Shown piece by piece: positions 1 through 13,500 of a stretch of DNA of 64,000 nt. How positions within the stretch are numbered: the stretch's first letter is position 1; each line of letters opens with the position of its first letter. Under the pieces are notes generated by a model. The model ran no database searches. It worked only from the letters and a program-made list of their open reading frames with translations, and was not told the origin of the DNA. The position numbers were made by a program, and so were the translations under genes. The stretch lies in the NCBI GenBank assembly GCA_043228905.1, contig JBHGNT010000022.1, positions 2,728,001 through 2,792,000 on the forward strand. The letters run 5' to 3'. This stretch comes from Azolla caroliniana. Its lineage: Eukaryota > Plantae > Polypodiophyta.

Positions 1-69
1 CCTGACGGCGAGATCAGATACCGATTCTGGGACCCCGAGCACAGACAAATCGTCTGAAGTTCGGACGTC

Positions 70-1914
70 GTGTTCAATGAGTCGGCTATGCATAAAACGG
101 CCGAAAGGCCTATTGAAGTCCGAAGGGTAATATTTTCCGAAGTGTCAACCCTTCATGATGGCCCAACCCACAACACGAGATCAGTTTCACGGGTACCCGA
201 CAACTCTCACACCGAATCTACCAATTCGGCACAGCCAAATGGCTCGGCTCCCGACCATCCGACATTGAAACCCGGTGCGACTAGTCCAGTCATACCTCGC
301 AGATCTGAGAGACTCTCGCAACCTCCGGAGAGGTACTCTCTCGGAATTTTCTTTACCGACGCTGGTGAACCGATATCTTACGAAGAAGCATCGACATTTG
401 CCAATTCAGCCACATGGCATATGGAAATGGAGTCGGAAATGCACTCCATTCGGGCAAACAAGACTTGGGACTTGGTCGAATTACCGAAGAATCGACGTGC
501 TCTTCTATGTAAGTGGGTCTATCGACTAAAAGAGACGTCTGACTCGACCAACCCAAGGGCAGATTAGTTGTCAAGGGATTTAGACAAGAATATGGCGTCG
601 ACTTCTACGAAATCTTTTCACTAGCGGTGAAAATGATGACCCTTCGTTTCATGCTCGGCGTCGTGGTCGCCGACAACTTGGAGCTGATTCAACTAGATGT
701 AAAAATAACATTCCTCCACGGCGACCTACAGGAGGAAATCTATATGGAGCAGCCGAAAGGCTTTGTGGCATCCGACTAGGAACATCTAGTCTCCCGACTC
801 GGGAATAGTCTCTACGGCCTGAAACAGGCACCCCGACAGTGGTACAAGAAGTTCGACGACTAAATCCAGACGGTCAGCTTCTCCAAGAGCGATGAGGACC
901 ATTGTCTCTTCACCAAAACAGCTCAAGACGGGTTGCCCATCTTCGTCATCATCTACGTGGACAACATGCTACTCTCCAGTTGACATGCCGGAGATCTCAC
1001 CGAACTCGTTTGGAAACTACGGTTGAAGTTTGCCATGAAGGACCTCGGTCCAGCAAGACACATACTTGGTATGAAGATTAGTTGGCATCGCGATACACTG
1101 ACAACTTTTCTTGTCTCAAACCGACTACATCGGACGTGTCTTGGAACGCTTCAACATGCACTCGGCCAAGTCTGCTTCGACCTGGCTCCCCATTAACCTT
1201 CGGCTATCTCAGCAAGACTGCCCGACATCTGGTCCGGACGGGGAAGATATGAAGTCGGTACCGTATGCACTGGCAGTCGCGACACGGCCTGATATTTCTC
1301 ACGTCGTAGGAGTCGTCAGCAGATTCAAGCACAACCCCGGCCAATCACATTGGAACGCAGTCAAGCATGTGTTTAGATATCTAGTTAGCACAAAAGACCA
1401 CGACATTCTTTTCGGCCCGAACTCAACCTAAGGTGTAGTCGGTTACACCGACTAGGACTTCGCAGGCTGTGTGGATAATCGGAAATCAACAACCGGATAC
1501 TGTTTCAAATTCGGCAATGGAGCAATCTCGTGGAAGTCAAAACTTCAGGAGTGCACAACCACCTCCACGACCGAAGCAGAATATGTAGCTGCGTCCAACG
1601 CGATAAAAGAAGCTTTATGGCTCGGTCGGCTGGCGCACACGTTTCAACAGGTCAACTTCGGCTCGGCTCCAGTTTTCTACAACGACAATTAGGGTGTTGT
1701 TGCTTTGTCAAAGAATCTGGTTCACCACAACGCCTCCAAGCATATCGACGTTCGATATCAGTTTGTTCGGGACTGCGTCATTTCAGGGAAAATCGGTCTA
1801 GAGAAGATATCCACAACCGATAATGTCGCAGATGGAATGACCAAGTGTCTTACGGCGGATCGTTTCCGGTCCCTTCGGCACCAGATGGGCGTAACGAAAA
1901 ATCGGTTCGGTTAA
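70..1914 (+). pseudogene. Copia pol remnant (integrase C-term linker, RT, RNase H)
   Basis: ORF fragments 70-567, 1111-1431, 1471-1692 and 1705-1914 carry collinear Copia motifs separated by stops and frameshifts. Confidence 0.9.
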
Positions 1915-2115
1915 AGTCGGACACACAGCACAGGATGGTTTCGAACCACCGACATCGGTTCTTTAAGGATCGGCTTTAGCTCTTCCGACCTGACTAGTTC
2001 GGTGTTCTGTCTTCGGATCTTGCCGACTCTAACAAAACCGATATGTCTGATAAACCTTGTATATACTTGTAATTTTATTTTTAGATAACCCATGTATACG
2101 CCCATTACAGGGGAG

Positions 2116-2312
2116 TGTCAAATATGAGTGTATAATGGCCGTATTCACACTGTCCCTTTGGACAACCCAAGTTTGGGCTATTTCTGTAAATAGGATAAAG
2201 GACAGTTGCCCTAGGACATTCACAGTTATATAAACTAACTTTGTAACCTTTAGAAAAGGTTGGATGTCACTCTTTGTAATTGTTGCTATTGGAATATATC
2301 ATTTTCTTTGTG

Positions 2313-2373
<61 letters not shown>

Positions 2374-2456
2374 CTATCTTGCTTATGCGCATACACAGGT
2401 TCTTCTTCATCACGAATGTTGCTTGCACTTCTGCATTGATGGCCTTGTCCCCAACA
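2116..2456 (+). repeat. 3' LTR of Copia element 1 (TG...CA), contains (CT)28 at 2314-2369
   Basis: Starts TGTCA right after the PPT and ends CCAACA where array sequence resumes. Confidence 0.8.
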
Positions 2457-3490
2457 CAATGGTCCAATGAAGTTTTGAGGGATCTAACTTAACCGACATC
2501 TAAGGCCAATTAGTTCAGTTGGTTAGAGCGTTGTGCTAATAACGCGAAGGTCATAGGTTGGAGACCTATATAGGCCATCATAACCATTCTTTGTTAAAAT
2601 GTCATCTAGAACATTACACTCAAAGAATAAGTGACGCAATAGTGGAATAAAATCTTCTCTTTATGAGTGTTTGTTGACTTAAAAAGTCTCTCTCTATCTT
2701 GCATCTTATTTCTGCCAACAGACAAGTTGCATGTGGACTTCAACTATGTCTAACCGGAGTGTTATTTCGACCAAAGTTGGAAATAACATTGGTTGGGATT
2801 AAGATTCTCTAGTAGCTTCCTTGCTATAGAAATTTAAAAGGACATACGTTGGATTAGTTGAGTTGGTTAGAGCATTGTGCTAATAACTTGTACCTCATAG
2901 GTTAGACACGGACGCTGGCCATAAACAACGTAGTTGGTTAAGACGGTTGTGTAGTTATTCAGATTTAATGAATAAGCAAGGCAATAAATATGAATTCATG
3001 AGAGTTGATATTTTATGTTAAAAATTAGAAATTGGTACTGCTACTTGTTTGACTTAAACTGTCTCTAACCAGAGTATTATTTCGACCAATGTTGGAAATA
3101 ACATTCGTTGGGGTTAAGATTTTCTAGTAGCTTCTCAGGGATAAAAATTTAAAATGAAATACGATGGATTAGTTGAGGTGGTTAGAGCATCATGCTAATA
3201 ACTTGTAGACATCGACATTGGCCATAAACAATGCTTAGTTGGGTAAGATGGTCGTGTAGTTATTAAGATTTAATGAATAAGCAAGGCAATAAATATGAAT
3301 TAATGAGAGTTGATATTTTATGTTAAAAATTAGATTTGGTACTGCTACTTGTTTGTTACTCTAAAAGATCTCTCAATCGAGACCTATTTGTTAAAAATAT
3401 TTCCTTCTAGTGGGAGGAGCCTACTGTTCATGCCAACCACCGATCATCCAATGAAGTTTTGAGGGATCTAACTTAATCTACATCTAAGAC
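2457..3490 (+). repeat. tRNA-Ile-containing tandem repeat, diverged segment
   Basis: Same unit as 30077-53330; tRNA-Ile-like copy at 2504-2577. Confidence 0.9.
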
Positions 3491-4100
3491 TGAACACATT
3501 CTCTATCGACCCTTGATTTGAACCCACGACCTCAACTTTGAAATGCGAGGTTCTTCACCCAATGAGCTAGTCTTCTCTACTTGATTGTATTATTTTCTCA
3601 CCCTCTCTTGATTCCCTCTTGTTTTCCTTGCCCCTCTTTATATAAGTGTTGCCATGCATATGGTAATGTATGGGAGCATGGCATGCATGCAATGCATCAG
3701 TTACATGTAATGCATGATCGCCATTTGGCGCACCTGTATTGCATGTGATGCATGGTAGCCATCATGCTCACTTGAGCTCCCATGTATGAAAATAGATATG
3801 GGATAACTATAATGATGAAAATGTATTTCAAAATAACTAACCTAGCTTAGTGGTGTATACTTTGTGTTTGGCATACAAGGTTGAGAGTTCAAGTCTCTCA
3901 TTTTTACTCAATACAATATATAGCTTCATTCTTATATCATGAAGCACATTTATTACAAACTCCTACAAATAAATAGCCTAGCTTAGTGGTATGTACATTG
4001 TACTTCGTATATAAGGGTGTGGGTTCAAGTCTCTCAATTATTATTAAATACAATATTTAAGCTCATTTTTATATCGTGAAATACATTCTTCACGACAACA
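3491..4100 (-). repeat. Solo-LTR-like sequence carrying three tRNA-like A/B-box modules; flanks do not form a TSD
   Basis: TG at 3491 and CAACA at 4096-4100; minus-strand TATA near 3637-3644; tRNA-like modules at ~3511-3575(-), 3841-3900(+) and 3977-4036(+). Confidence 0.55.
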
Positions 4101-4104
4101 CGAC

Positions 4105-7100
4105 TTGTCGGTGGCTGATTACACCTCGAAGATCAAATATATATGCGACTCTCTAGCCTCTATCGATGTGATCGTCGAGGAAGGTGAGATGGTGCAAATC
4201 TGTCTCGGGGGACTGGCGTCGAATTTCAGAGCATTCCGAACTGTTGTGTACACACGAGAGAATACGTCGTCGTTTTTCAACTTACAGTCAATGCTCCTTA
4301 TAGAGGAGAACCACGCGGGTGCGTCAACAAGCACGCATGCCGATAGCAAGATGTTGTACACGGAGGGCCACATGGTCGTGGCGGACAAGTCGAGTCAGTA
4401 CGCAATGGAGGCGCTCGACGGGATCAAGGAAGAAGGCACCGAAGTGATGCCGACAGCAATTCCGGACCCTCCGGAAATAGGGGGAGTCGAGCCGACGAGA
4501 ACCGGCAAGGGAAATCCGTCGCGGAATGCTGGTATTGTTGCAAGAAAGGCCACAAGGAGAGCGAGTGCTGGAAAAAGCGTGCCGATTCGGAGAGAACCGG
4601 GTCCGGAACAAGTTCCGAACAGACCGACAAACGAAATCGGCAACGATCACACTACGCCGAAGGATCCAGAGAAGCCGGAAAAGGGTCACCCTTCATGACG
4701 AGACACGAAACGAACTCGATGAAGAAGTCCGCCCCGAAATCGAACGAGGTGTGGTACGTCAACTCCGGCGCAGCAAACCACATGACGTGCCACAAGGAGT
4801 GGTTCTCATACCTTGAGAAACCGACGCAACCGGGAGTAGTCGCAACCGGAGATGACACTCCGCATTCGATCGCGAATGTCGGTGAAGTTCCCCTGAGCCA
4901 TGTCGGGCAGAAAGGGAAACTCATGAACGTGTTACACGTCTTGAAAATCACAAAGAACCTGGTATCAGTCAGGAAAATCGTCGACCAGGGGATGCAGGTT
5001 CGGTTTACGCATCTCGGGTGCTTCATCGAGGAAGAAGGCCGAGTTATTGCGCAAGGGCATAGAGACGGGAGGATGTTTATCCTCGACTCTAGCGACGGTG
5101 GCACCGCAATGTTCGCAAAAGGACAAAAAGTTGAGTCGGATATCGACTTATGGCACAAGTGGATAGGCCACGTCAACTATCAACGGCTTCAGACCTACAA
5201 TCGAAACAGGTGGTGTTCGGATTGCCCAAATTTAGTGCCCGGAAGGCACAAATTTGTGAAGCCTGCTAGCTAGGGAAGCAACACTGACTTCCCTTCCCTA
5301 AGGAGTGTAACCGGAGCCGGAACAAGTTCGACTTGATACATTCCAATGTATGGGGGCCGACACAGAACGTTAGTCTTGGCGGGAGTCGATACTTCGTCTC
5401 TTTCATCGACGACTATACGCGGCACACGTGGATCTACCTCATTGAGAAGAAGAGTGAAGTCTTCGACTGTTTCCACGACCTCAAAGGGTTCGTGGAAACG
5501 GAAACAGGAAGGAAGATCAGTTCAACGGATATCTGCAACAGATGGGAACTCGGCGCAAATTCAGTTGTAGATACACGCCAGAGCAAAACGGCGTGGCCGA
5601 GAGGAAGAATCGGTCGATTGTGGAAGCGGCGCGAGCAATCCTAGAAGAAAAGAGCTTGCCCAAGTTCTATTGGGCTGAGGCAGTATGAACCGTGGTATAC
5701 ATCCAGAATCGGATCGGAGACAAAGTGTCGGCACATGAGCTGTATTTCGGAAGGAAGCCGAATTTACGACACTTGAGAGTCTTCGGTAGCATTGCGTATA
5801 TGCATGTGCCGAAGGAGAATCGGAGGAAGTTGCACGTGAACGCCGAGAAGTGTATCTTGGTCTGCTACTCAGACGAGCAGAAGGGTTATAAGTGTTATCA
5901 CCCTCGCACCAAACAGGCGCGCGTGAGCCGCGATGTTGTGTTTGACGAGTCCACGTCCTGGTACTTGACTCCGACTCCGGACCTCACCTCCAATCCAAGT
6001 TCTGACGATGAGGTCAGCGAGGCTGAGATGCCTCCGAATGAGCCTGAAATCGGGGCCCGCGAAGAGAGTCCGATTTCGTTTTGGTTGAGCGGACCGAATG
6101 GACGACTGAGTCGGTTTGACCAGTCCGATAAAGAGCCGGCGAGTAGTGGAGACTCGGCCGTGCATTCCCCACGCAGGAAGCCGAGGAGACGACTTACACG
6201 CAAGGAAAAAGGGAAGAAAAAGGTGTCGGATTACGGCACGGATAGGAACGAGTTGGATCGACGTGAGTCCGACTCTGAGGGAAGCAATGACGGGTCTTCA
6301 AGAGCGAAGTCCGCGTCAGCTAAGGAAGCCTCAACTTCGGCTAATGAGCAATTACGCCGATCTACCTGCCAGAAGAACCCAATTGTGCGGTTCGGTTATA
6401 ATGAGTACATGGTGCATCATTATGCGTACATGACGCGTGTAGCGGAAGTGCGTGAGCCGGAGAGCTACGCAGAAGCGGCGAAAGACATGAATTGGCATGC
6501 CGCAATGGAGGAAGAGATGCGCGCACTGGCCGAAAATGAAACCTGGGACCTGGTTGACGCACCGATAGGTGTGAAGCCAATCGGATGTAGGTGGGTGTAC
6601 AAGGTAAAGTACAACACCGACGGCTCGGTCAACCGATACAAGGCCTGGTTACTAGCGAAAGGCTATGCGCAGAAACACGGCATCGACTATGATGAGACGT
6701 TTGCGCCGGTCGCGAAGATGACGACCGTCTGTGTTTTGCTCGTGGTAGCTGCGGCAAAGGGGTGGCACTTACATCAGATGGATGTAAAGAATGCATTCCT
6801 GCAAGTTGAGCTTGAGGAACAGGTGTACATGGTACAACCCCCCGGATTTCCCTCCGGAACGAACACTTCGGCAAGCCCCGCGTGCCTGGAACACGAAGAT
6901 CACGCGGCAACTGCGTCGGATGGGCTTTGCGACGTCGAAATCAGACTCTTCATTGTTCATCCGAAAGGGTAGACTCGGGTCGGTTAGTATTTTACTTTAT
7001 AATGATGACTTGGTCATCACTAGTGCCGACCTAAGTGAAATCAACCACGTGAAGCTCCAGTTTGTGGGATCATTCGACATTACTTCCTCGGGATCGAAGT

Positions 7101-8061
7101 GATCCGTACCCCCGAAGGCATATTGATCAGCCAATGGCATTACGTGTTGAGTATGATCTTCAAATTCGGGATGGCCGACTGTACGTCCATCTCGACTCCT
7201 CTGGATAGAACCGTCAAGCTTCGCCCCGAGTCTGGAAATGTATGCGACCCAACAAAGTTCCGACAGATAGTCGGAAGCCTTATATACTTAACCATCACCC
7301 GACCAGATCTCAGCTACCCGGTCGGGGTGATTAGTCAGTTCATGGCGCGACCAACCAAGGAGCATCTTTAGTGTGCACAACGCATACTCCGGTACGTCAG
7401 TGGCACTAAAGACTGAGGGCTACTATATCGGACCGATACTACCGCGCAGTTGGTCGGTTACACCGATGGTGATTGGGTCGGAAACGCCAACAATCACCGA
7501 TGCACGTCCGGTTTCGCGATTGCGTGGAGTAGCAAGAAGCAGCCGACAGTTCCGTTGTCGAGCACCGAAGCCGAGTATAGAGAGGTGGCTATTGCAACCT
7601 GCAAAGCCATATGGTTGAAGCGGCTACTTAAGGATCTGCAGGTGGAGGTATCCGATCCAACGGCAAGCTACTGCAACAACCTCAGTAGCATCGAGCTAGC
7701 TAAGAACCCCGTCTTCCACGCCCAGACCAAGCACAATGAGGTGCACTACCATTTCATCTGTGAGCGTGTCCTCTCCGGTGAAGTCGAACTTCAGTATGTT
7801 CCAATGGATCGGCACACCGTCGACATCTTCACCAAACCTCTTGGTTTGGACAAGTTGTGGCAATTCTCAGGTGCGCTTGGGTTGCGTCAGCTCGACGTGC
7901 CGAACTTGAGGGGGAGAGATGACCCGGATGACCACGGAAGGGAGCAGGAAAGGAGCGGAAAAGACCATGACGCCGAGTCGGACGACGAATTCGACTTCGG
8001 ATCGGCTGAAGAAGCCGAGGGCGGGTCTGCGGAAGAGTCCAAAAGCGGACATAAGGAGTAA
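4105..8061 (+). pseudogene. Copia gag-pol remnant with frameshifts, stops and internal deletions
   Basis: Fragmented collinear ORFs 4105-4698, 4695-5273, 5333-5644, 5692-6972, 7099-7371 and 7450-8061. Confidence 0.9.
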
Positions 8062-8437
8062 CCGGAAGAAAGAGGCAAAGCCAGCCAAGCATGGGGGAGA
8101 CGAAGCCATCAAGGGCGAGAAGACTGAAGACGAGTTGGAGATAGCCAACTCGGTCGAGAGCGAAAACCAATCGGAGGAAGCCGAGTTGGTTCGGATGTTT
8201 GATTCGGATACGCTGAATCAAACAAGGGCCAAGTGGAAGAGAAGGCAGCAAAAGAGCTGCCAACACCGCAAAAGCAAGGAAACTGAGAAGGGCCGTGTGA
8301 GCAGACAAGCCAACCGGAAGGGTCGAGGCGCGCGGAATCGAACGGGTCGAGGAGCGGGAGCGAGCCGTGAAGCCAGAAGGAACTGGAGCACAGATCTGGA
8401 AGAGCAGATGGAACCTCAAGTTGAGCTTGAGGGGGAG

Positions 8438-8645
8438 TGTTGAGATACAAGCTCAACATTGGCATATATCCATTGAACTGAGCACATCCTATGTACAGAT
8501 TGAGTATTATTTTTTGAATTGAGTTCTCTGTGTATTCTCTCTCTGTCTCTCCCGCGTACTGTGTGTACACACTCAAGCTCTCCATTAAACCTGCGTATTT
8601 TCTGTGTGTTTGTTTTTCTATTGCTTCTGCACATAATTTTTTACA
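8438..8645 (+). repeat. 3' LTR of Copia element 2 (TGTTG...TTACA)
   Basis: Follows PPT TTGAGGGGGAG; ends TTTTACA; array resumes at 8646 inside a degenerate tRNA copy. Confidence 0.8.
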
Positions 8646-10252
8646 ATCGTGCTAATGACTCGTAGATCGTAGGTTCAACATCAAGATTGGCCATAAACAA
8701 CGCTTAGTTGGTTAAGACGGTCGTGTACTTATAAAGATTTAATGAAGAAGCAAGGTAGTAAATATGCATTCATGAGAGTTGATATCTTATGTTCAAAATT
8801 AAAAATTGTTGGTACTGCTACTTGTTTGTTACCATAAAAGGTCTCTCAACTGAGACCTATTTGTTAGGAATATTTCCCTCTAGTAGGAGAAGACGACTGT
8901 TCATGACGAGCATCGATGCTCCCATGAAGTTTTGAGTTATCTGACATAGTCAACATCTAAGGCCAATTAGCTCGGTTGGTTAGAGCGTCATGCTAATAAT
9001 GCGAAGGTCATAGGTTGGAGACCTATTTTGGCCATCATAAACATTCTGGGTTAAAATGTCATGTAGAATATAAGACTAAAAGTGTAAGTCAGGCAATAAA
9101 ATAAGAATCCATGAAAGATGAAAGACCTATATTGGCCATCATAAACATTTGGGTTAAAATGTCATGTAGAATATAAGACTAAAAGTGTAAGTGAGGCAAT
9201 AAAATAAGATGAAATACTACATTTAATATTCCATGAAGTAGGTGAATTGGTAACACTTTGGTTGAATAACCTGGGGGATCAGAGGCAAAATGGAAAAAAA
9301 CCTTCTCCTTTTGCGTGCTAGTTCATTTCAAAGGTCTCTATCTTGCATCTTATTTTTTCCAACGCACATCCTACATGGTGACTTAAACTGTCTCTAACCG
9401 GAGTATTGTTTCAACCAATGTTGGAAATCACATTCGTTGGGGTTAAGATTTTCTAGTAGTTTCTCGGGGATACAAATTTAAAATGACATACGGTGGATTA
9501 GTTGAGTTGGTTAGAGCATCGTGGTAATAACTCATAGGTCGTAGGTTCAACATCGACATTGGCCATTAACAACTCTTAGTTGGTTAAGACGGTCGTGTAG
9601 TTATTAAGATTTAATGAAGAAGCAAAACCATAAATATGAATTCATAAGAGTTGATATTTTATGTTAAAGATTAGAAATTTGAACCAACTGTTCGGGCCGA
9701 CCACCGATGTTTCAATGAGGTTTTGAGGGATATAACATAACCGACATCAAAGGCCAATTAGCTCAGTTGCTTAGAGCGTTGTACTAATAACGCAAAGGTC
9801 ATAGGTTCGAGACTTATATTGGTCATCATAAACATTCTTGGTGAAAATGTCATCTACAATATAAGGTTGAAAGTGTAAGCAAGGTAATAAAATAAGAATC
9901 CATGATAGATGAATAGTACATTCAACAATTTGTGAAGTAGGTGAGTTGGTAAGACTTTGGTCGAATAAACTAGGGGATCAGAGGTATAACGGATAAAAAC
10001 CTTCTCCTTTTGCGTGTTGGTTCACTTCAAAGGTCTTTATCTTGCATCTTATTTTTGCCAATCCACAACCTGCATGTTGACTTAAATTGTCTCTAACCGA
10101 AGTATTGTTTCGACCAATGTTGGAAATCACATTTGATGGGGTTAAAATTTTGTAGTAGCTTCTCGGGGATAGTAATTTACAATGACATACGGTGGATTAG
10201 TTGAGTTGGTTAAAGCATCGTATTAATAACTCATAGATCCTAGGTTCAACAT
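8646..10252 (+). repeat. tRNA-Ile-containing tandem repeat segment
   Basis: tRNA-Ile-like copies at 8961-9034 and 9752-9825 plus degenerate copies. Confidence 0.9.
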
Positions 10253-10269
10253 CGCTTCTCCACCAATTA

Positions 10270-10460
10270 TGTGAAATGCACATAAATAGAATCTAAACCA
10301 GCTTCTTACTTCCTATTCAATTTATAGTCGCACAAAGGTACCCATTTGGGTTGGCTTTACTTAGTTACATGCGTCCTAACAAGGGTATGCTAAAAGGGGC
10401 ACAAAGGAACACATGCCCACCCAACATGAAGGCATGCACTTGCATCCAAGGGACACCACA
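10270..10460 (-). repeat. 3' LTR of element A
   Basis: Homologous to 29814-30076; adjacent to the PPT; TG...CA ends. Confidence 0.8.
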
Positions 10461-10571
10461 TTTCCCCCCTAAGAGAAACAAGGAGTTCTACGACATGGGG
10501 AAAGGACGAGCCCTAGGAGATGGGCTTGGGGTAGCATAGGGCTTGATGTGGGCAACATGGGCGGAGGTGAG

Positions 10572-13500
10572 TCAACCATTGGAATCGCGTCGGAGCAAGT
10601 AAGGCGTGGATTTGATTGCATGTACCACGGTGACTAGGTCAATCCATCGGTGCATGAGTGATTCGTTGAGACTATGCCGCCGGACCGGGAAGTAAACAAG
10701 GACTTTGGTTCCATGATTATAAGTCGGGGTAATTCGACCCACATCGTAGTGTCTCTTTTGGCATTGTTGTTCGACTTGTAGGTTTCGAGAGCTTGCTTGT
10801 CGAAGGAGAGGTAGCAGTTGTTGGAGATAGAGCCCCGAAGTGGCACCATCCATGTTGGTAGGTTTGGAATGGACGTCAATGGACGATTCTAGTGGGAGCC
10901 GAGGGTCACGCCCATAGAGTGCTCGAAAAGGGCTGATCCGTGTTGACGCCTGAACGGATGTATTGTAGGCATGGGTGACGAAAGACAAGATTTGTTCCCA
11001 GATTTTGTGGCGTGGATCGATGTAAGCGGCAATCTCCTGCTTGAGGGTCTTGTTGAGGCGTTCGGTGAGGTCGTTTGTTTGCGGATGGTATGAGGATGTA
11101 AACACCTGTTGGACATCTAGTTGAGTTGCAACCGCATTGAGGACGTCCCCATCGAACTGGCGGCCCTGATCAGATAAGAGTTGGAAAGGGCAACCATGCT
11201 GCAAAATTACCTTGTGCAAAAGTTGGGATGCGATTGTTGGCGCAGAGACGTCAGGGATGACAACAGTTTCAGCCTATCTAGTGATGTATTCTGTTATGAC
11301 CAGGATATACTTGTTGCCACTATGGGTTTCGGGAAAAGGTCCCATGAAATCCCATCCGACGAGCTTGGAAGGCGATGTAACGGTGATGGGTTGGAGCGTT
11401 CCGGCAGGCTTGCTCCCTGTTTTGATATGTTGACACAAAGCACAATGGTTGACGTAGGTAGAGACAGAGTGTTGCATGTTGGGCCAATAATACTTGAGAC
11501 GTAATCTTTCAAGAATATTGTGGAAACCCACCCGACAATGGGTGGTCGTGAAAAAATTGGAGATACGTCTGTTGTAGGGCATGACGGATGTAGAGACGCG
11601 GCTCATGATGCGCCTGAATGAAGAACACCAAGTTATCGCGGAGAATGAACCGTCGTTGCGATGGAAATGGTTGGAGGGCGCGCAACTAATGGGTTATCTC
11701 TCATATGGCTGGGTCGTGTTGCTGAAGTGTAGCGAGTTATGGTAGTGGGAGTGGAAGGTCAGACGACACGGGTAGAAATTAGACAGCTTCGAAATCGGCA
11801 CGAGAGAGACTATCGGCGACCAAATTGGTTACACCTTTTCGATAGCAGAGGGTAAACTGATAATCTTGAAGTGCCAACATCCATTGCACCAAGCGGCTTG
11901 GGGGTGAGGTCGATGAATAAGAGAAAGTAAGGGCTGGTGGTCAGTCTCAATGGCAACCTGCCCGCCATGAAGGTATGGGTGAAGACGCTGGAAAGACCAG
12001 CCGATCGGAAGTAGTTCCTTCTCAGTGGTTGAGTAGTTCCGTTCAGCCGGCGTGAGAGTTTGGCTAATGAAGGAGACCGCCTTCTCTTGCCGGTGGCAAT
12101 TGGTTCGTAGGAGGATGGCTCCAAGCCCATGGTTAGAGGCATCTGTCTGCAACGTAAACGGTTGGTCAAAGTTAGGATGGGTGAGCAACCCTGATTCCTG
12201 GACCATTGTTTTGAGGTGACGAAAGTTGTCTTCGCAAGCAGGATCCCAAACGAATGACACACCTTTCTTCAAGAGATGACGGAGGGGGAAAGTGACCAAG
12301 GCGAGGTTCGGGATGAAGAGAAGGGAAAAGGTGATCATGCCCGAAAAATGTTGCAATGTTTTTATTCAGGTGGGGAGGGGGTAGTCGGTGATGGCAGCTA
12401 CCTTTGCAAGGTCCATACGGATTCCATCGCTAGAGATGATGAAGCCGAGAAAACGGAAGTTGGTGCTTCCCCATCGACACTTCTTCCATTGGAGTTGCGA
12501 GTTATGGTTAGTTATGCAAGCGAGGACTTCAGCGAGAGCTTGTAGATGATCCTCCCAAGTGCCAGTGTGGATAAGGATATCGTCGAGATAAACGATGAGG
12601 ACGCCTTTACTGATAAGGCTGTCAAAGATGGAGTTTGCCATGCGTTGGAATGTACTGTCGGCAACAGACAGGCCAAACGGCATGCAGGTGAACTGGAACA
12701 GCTCGCATCGTGTGCAAAATGCGGTCTTCTAGGCGTCAGACGGCCTTAAGGGGATTTGCCAATATCCCGAGGCCAAGTCAAGGGAAGCGAAATAACGGGA
12801 GCCCCCGAGATGGTCCAAGAGGTCGTCCATGCGAGGGAGCGAGTAGCGGTCATGGATCGTCACTTTGTTGAGAGGCCTAAAGTCAATGCAAAAGCGGAAG
12901 GTGCCATCATCCTTCTTGACAAGGTGCGGTTCCAAAACCCAATCACTAGCGGAAGGAATGATAATACCTTTCGTGAGCATATTGGTGACGACAGCATCAA
13001 TGCGATCGTGGTTGAGGGGGGAACGTTGACGTGTAGCCATGCGGATGGGAGCGGCGTCCCCGTTACGAATGACATGTTGTACCGGGAAAGAGACAGTAGC
13101 GGCATGCGTGGGTTGGGGGGCTAGTGACTGAAAACGAGCTAACAATTGGCGGACGGAGATTAACCACTCCTTGGGACTAAGGGCCACCTGAACTTGGCTA
13201 AGGTGGGGGACATGGGGGCTATCGTGTAGGAGGGGGATAGGGGGATCTTGTGGGACAATCAGTTTGTGAGGATCAAAATCAATCATAGCGCGATGCTTGA
13301 GGAGCCAATCGCAGCCTAACGTGAGGGGGAAGAGTTGGTGGGGCAAGACATAAAAGTGGTGTGAGAATGTGAGAGTGCCTAAGGTAACAGTGTAGTGGGC
13401 TTGCGTGCAAGAGTGGTATAGATGTTGGTGATCGCAAAAAAGGACATGGATGGAAAGAGCGGTGGTTGTGGGGAGGCCTAATTGGTGCACTAAGGCGGTG

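Larger units (their letters stand above)
1..2456 (+). mobile_element. Ty1/Copia LTR retrotransposon, 3' part (degenerate), runs off the left edge
   Basis: Copia RT motifs (NKTWDLVELP, CKWVY, QLDVK, YVDN) and RNase H (STTEAEYVA, SKHIDVRYQFVRD) with stops and frameshifts; PPT AGGGGAG at 2109-2115 followed by the LTR. Confidence 0.93.
4101..8645 (+). mobile_element. Ty1/Copia LTR retrotransposon 2, 5'-truncated and degenerate
   Basis: Gag (SVADYTSKIK, zinc knuckle), protease (WYVNSGAANHM), integrase (HSNVWGP, FIDDYTRHTW), RT (ETWDLV, HQMDVKNAFL), RNase H (SSTEAEYR); order PR-INT-RT-RH; PPT at 8427-8437. Confidence 0.93.

Noticed and set aside
2264-2492. ORFs with SLSLSL or ERERER runs
   Set aside because: Translations of the (CT)n microsatellite in an LTR.
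3511-3575. Functional tRNA (Glu, Sec or suppressor) on the minus strand
   Set aside because: A and B boxes are present, but acceptor and T stems do not pair and the anticodon cannot be assigned.
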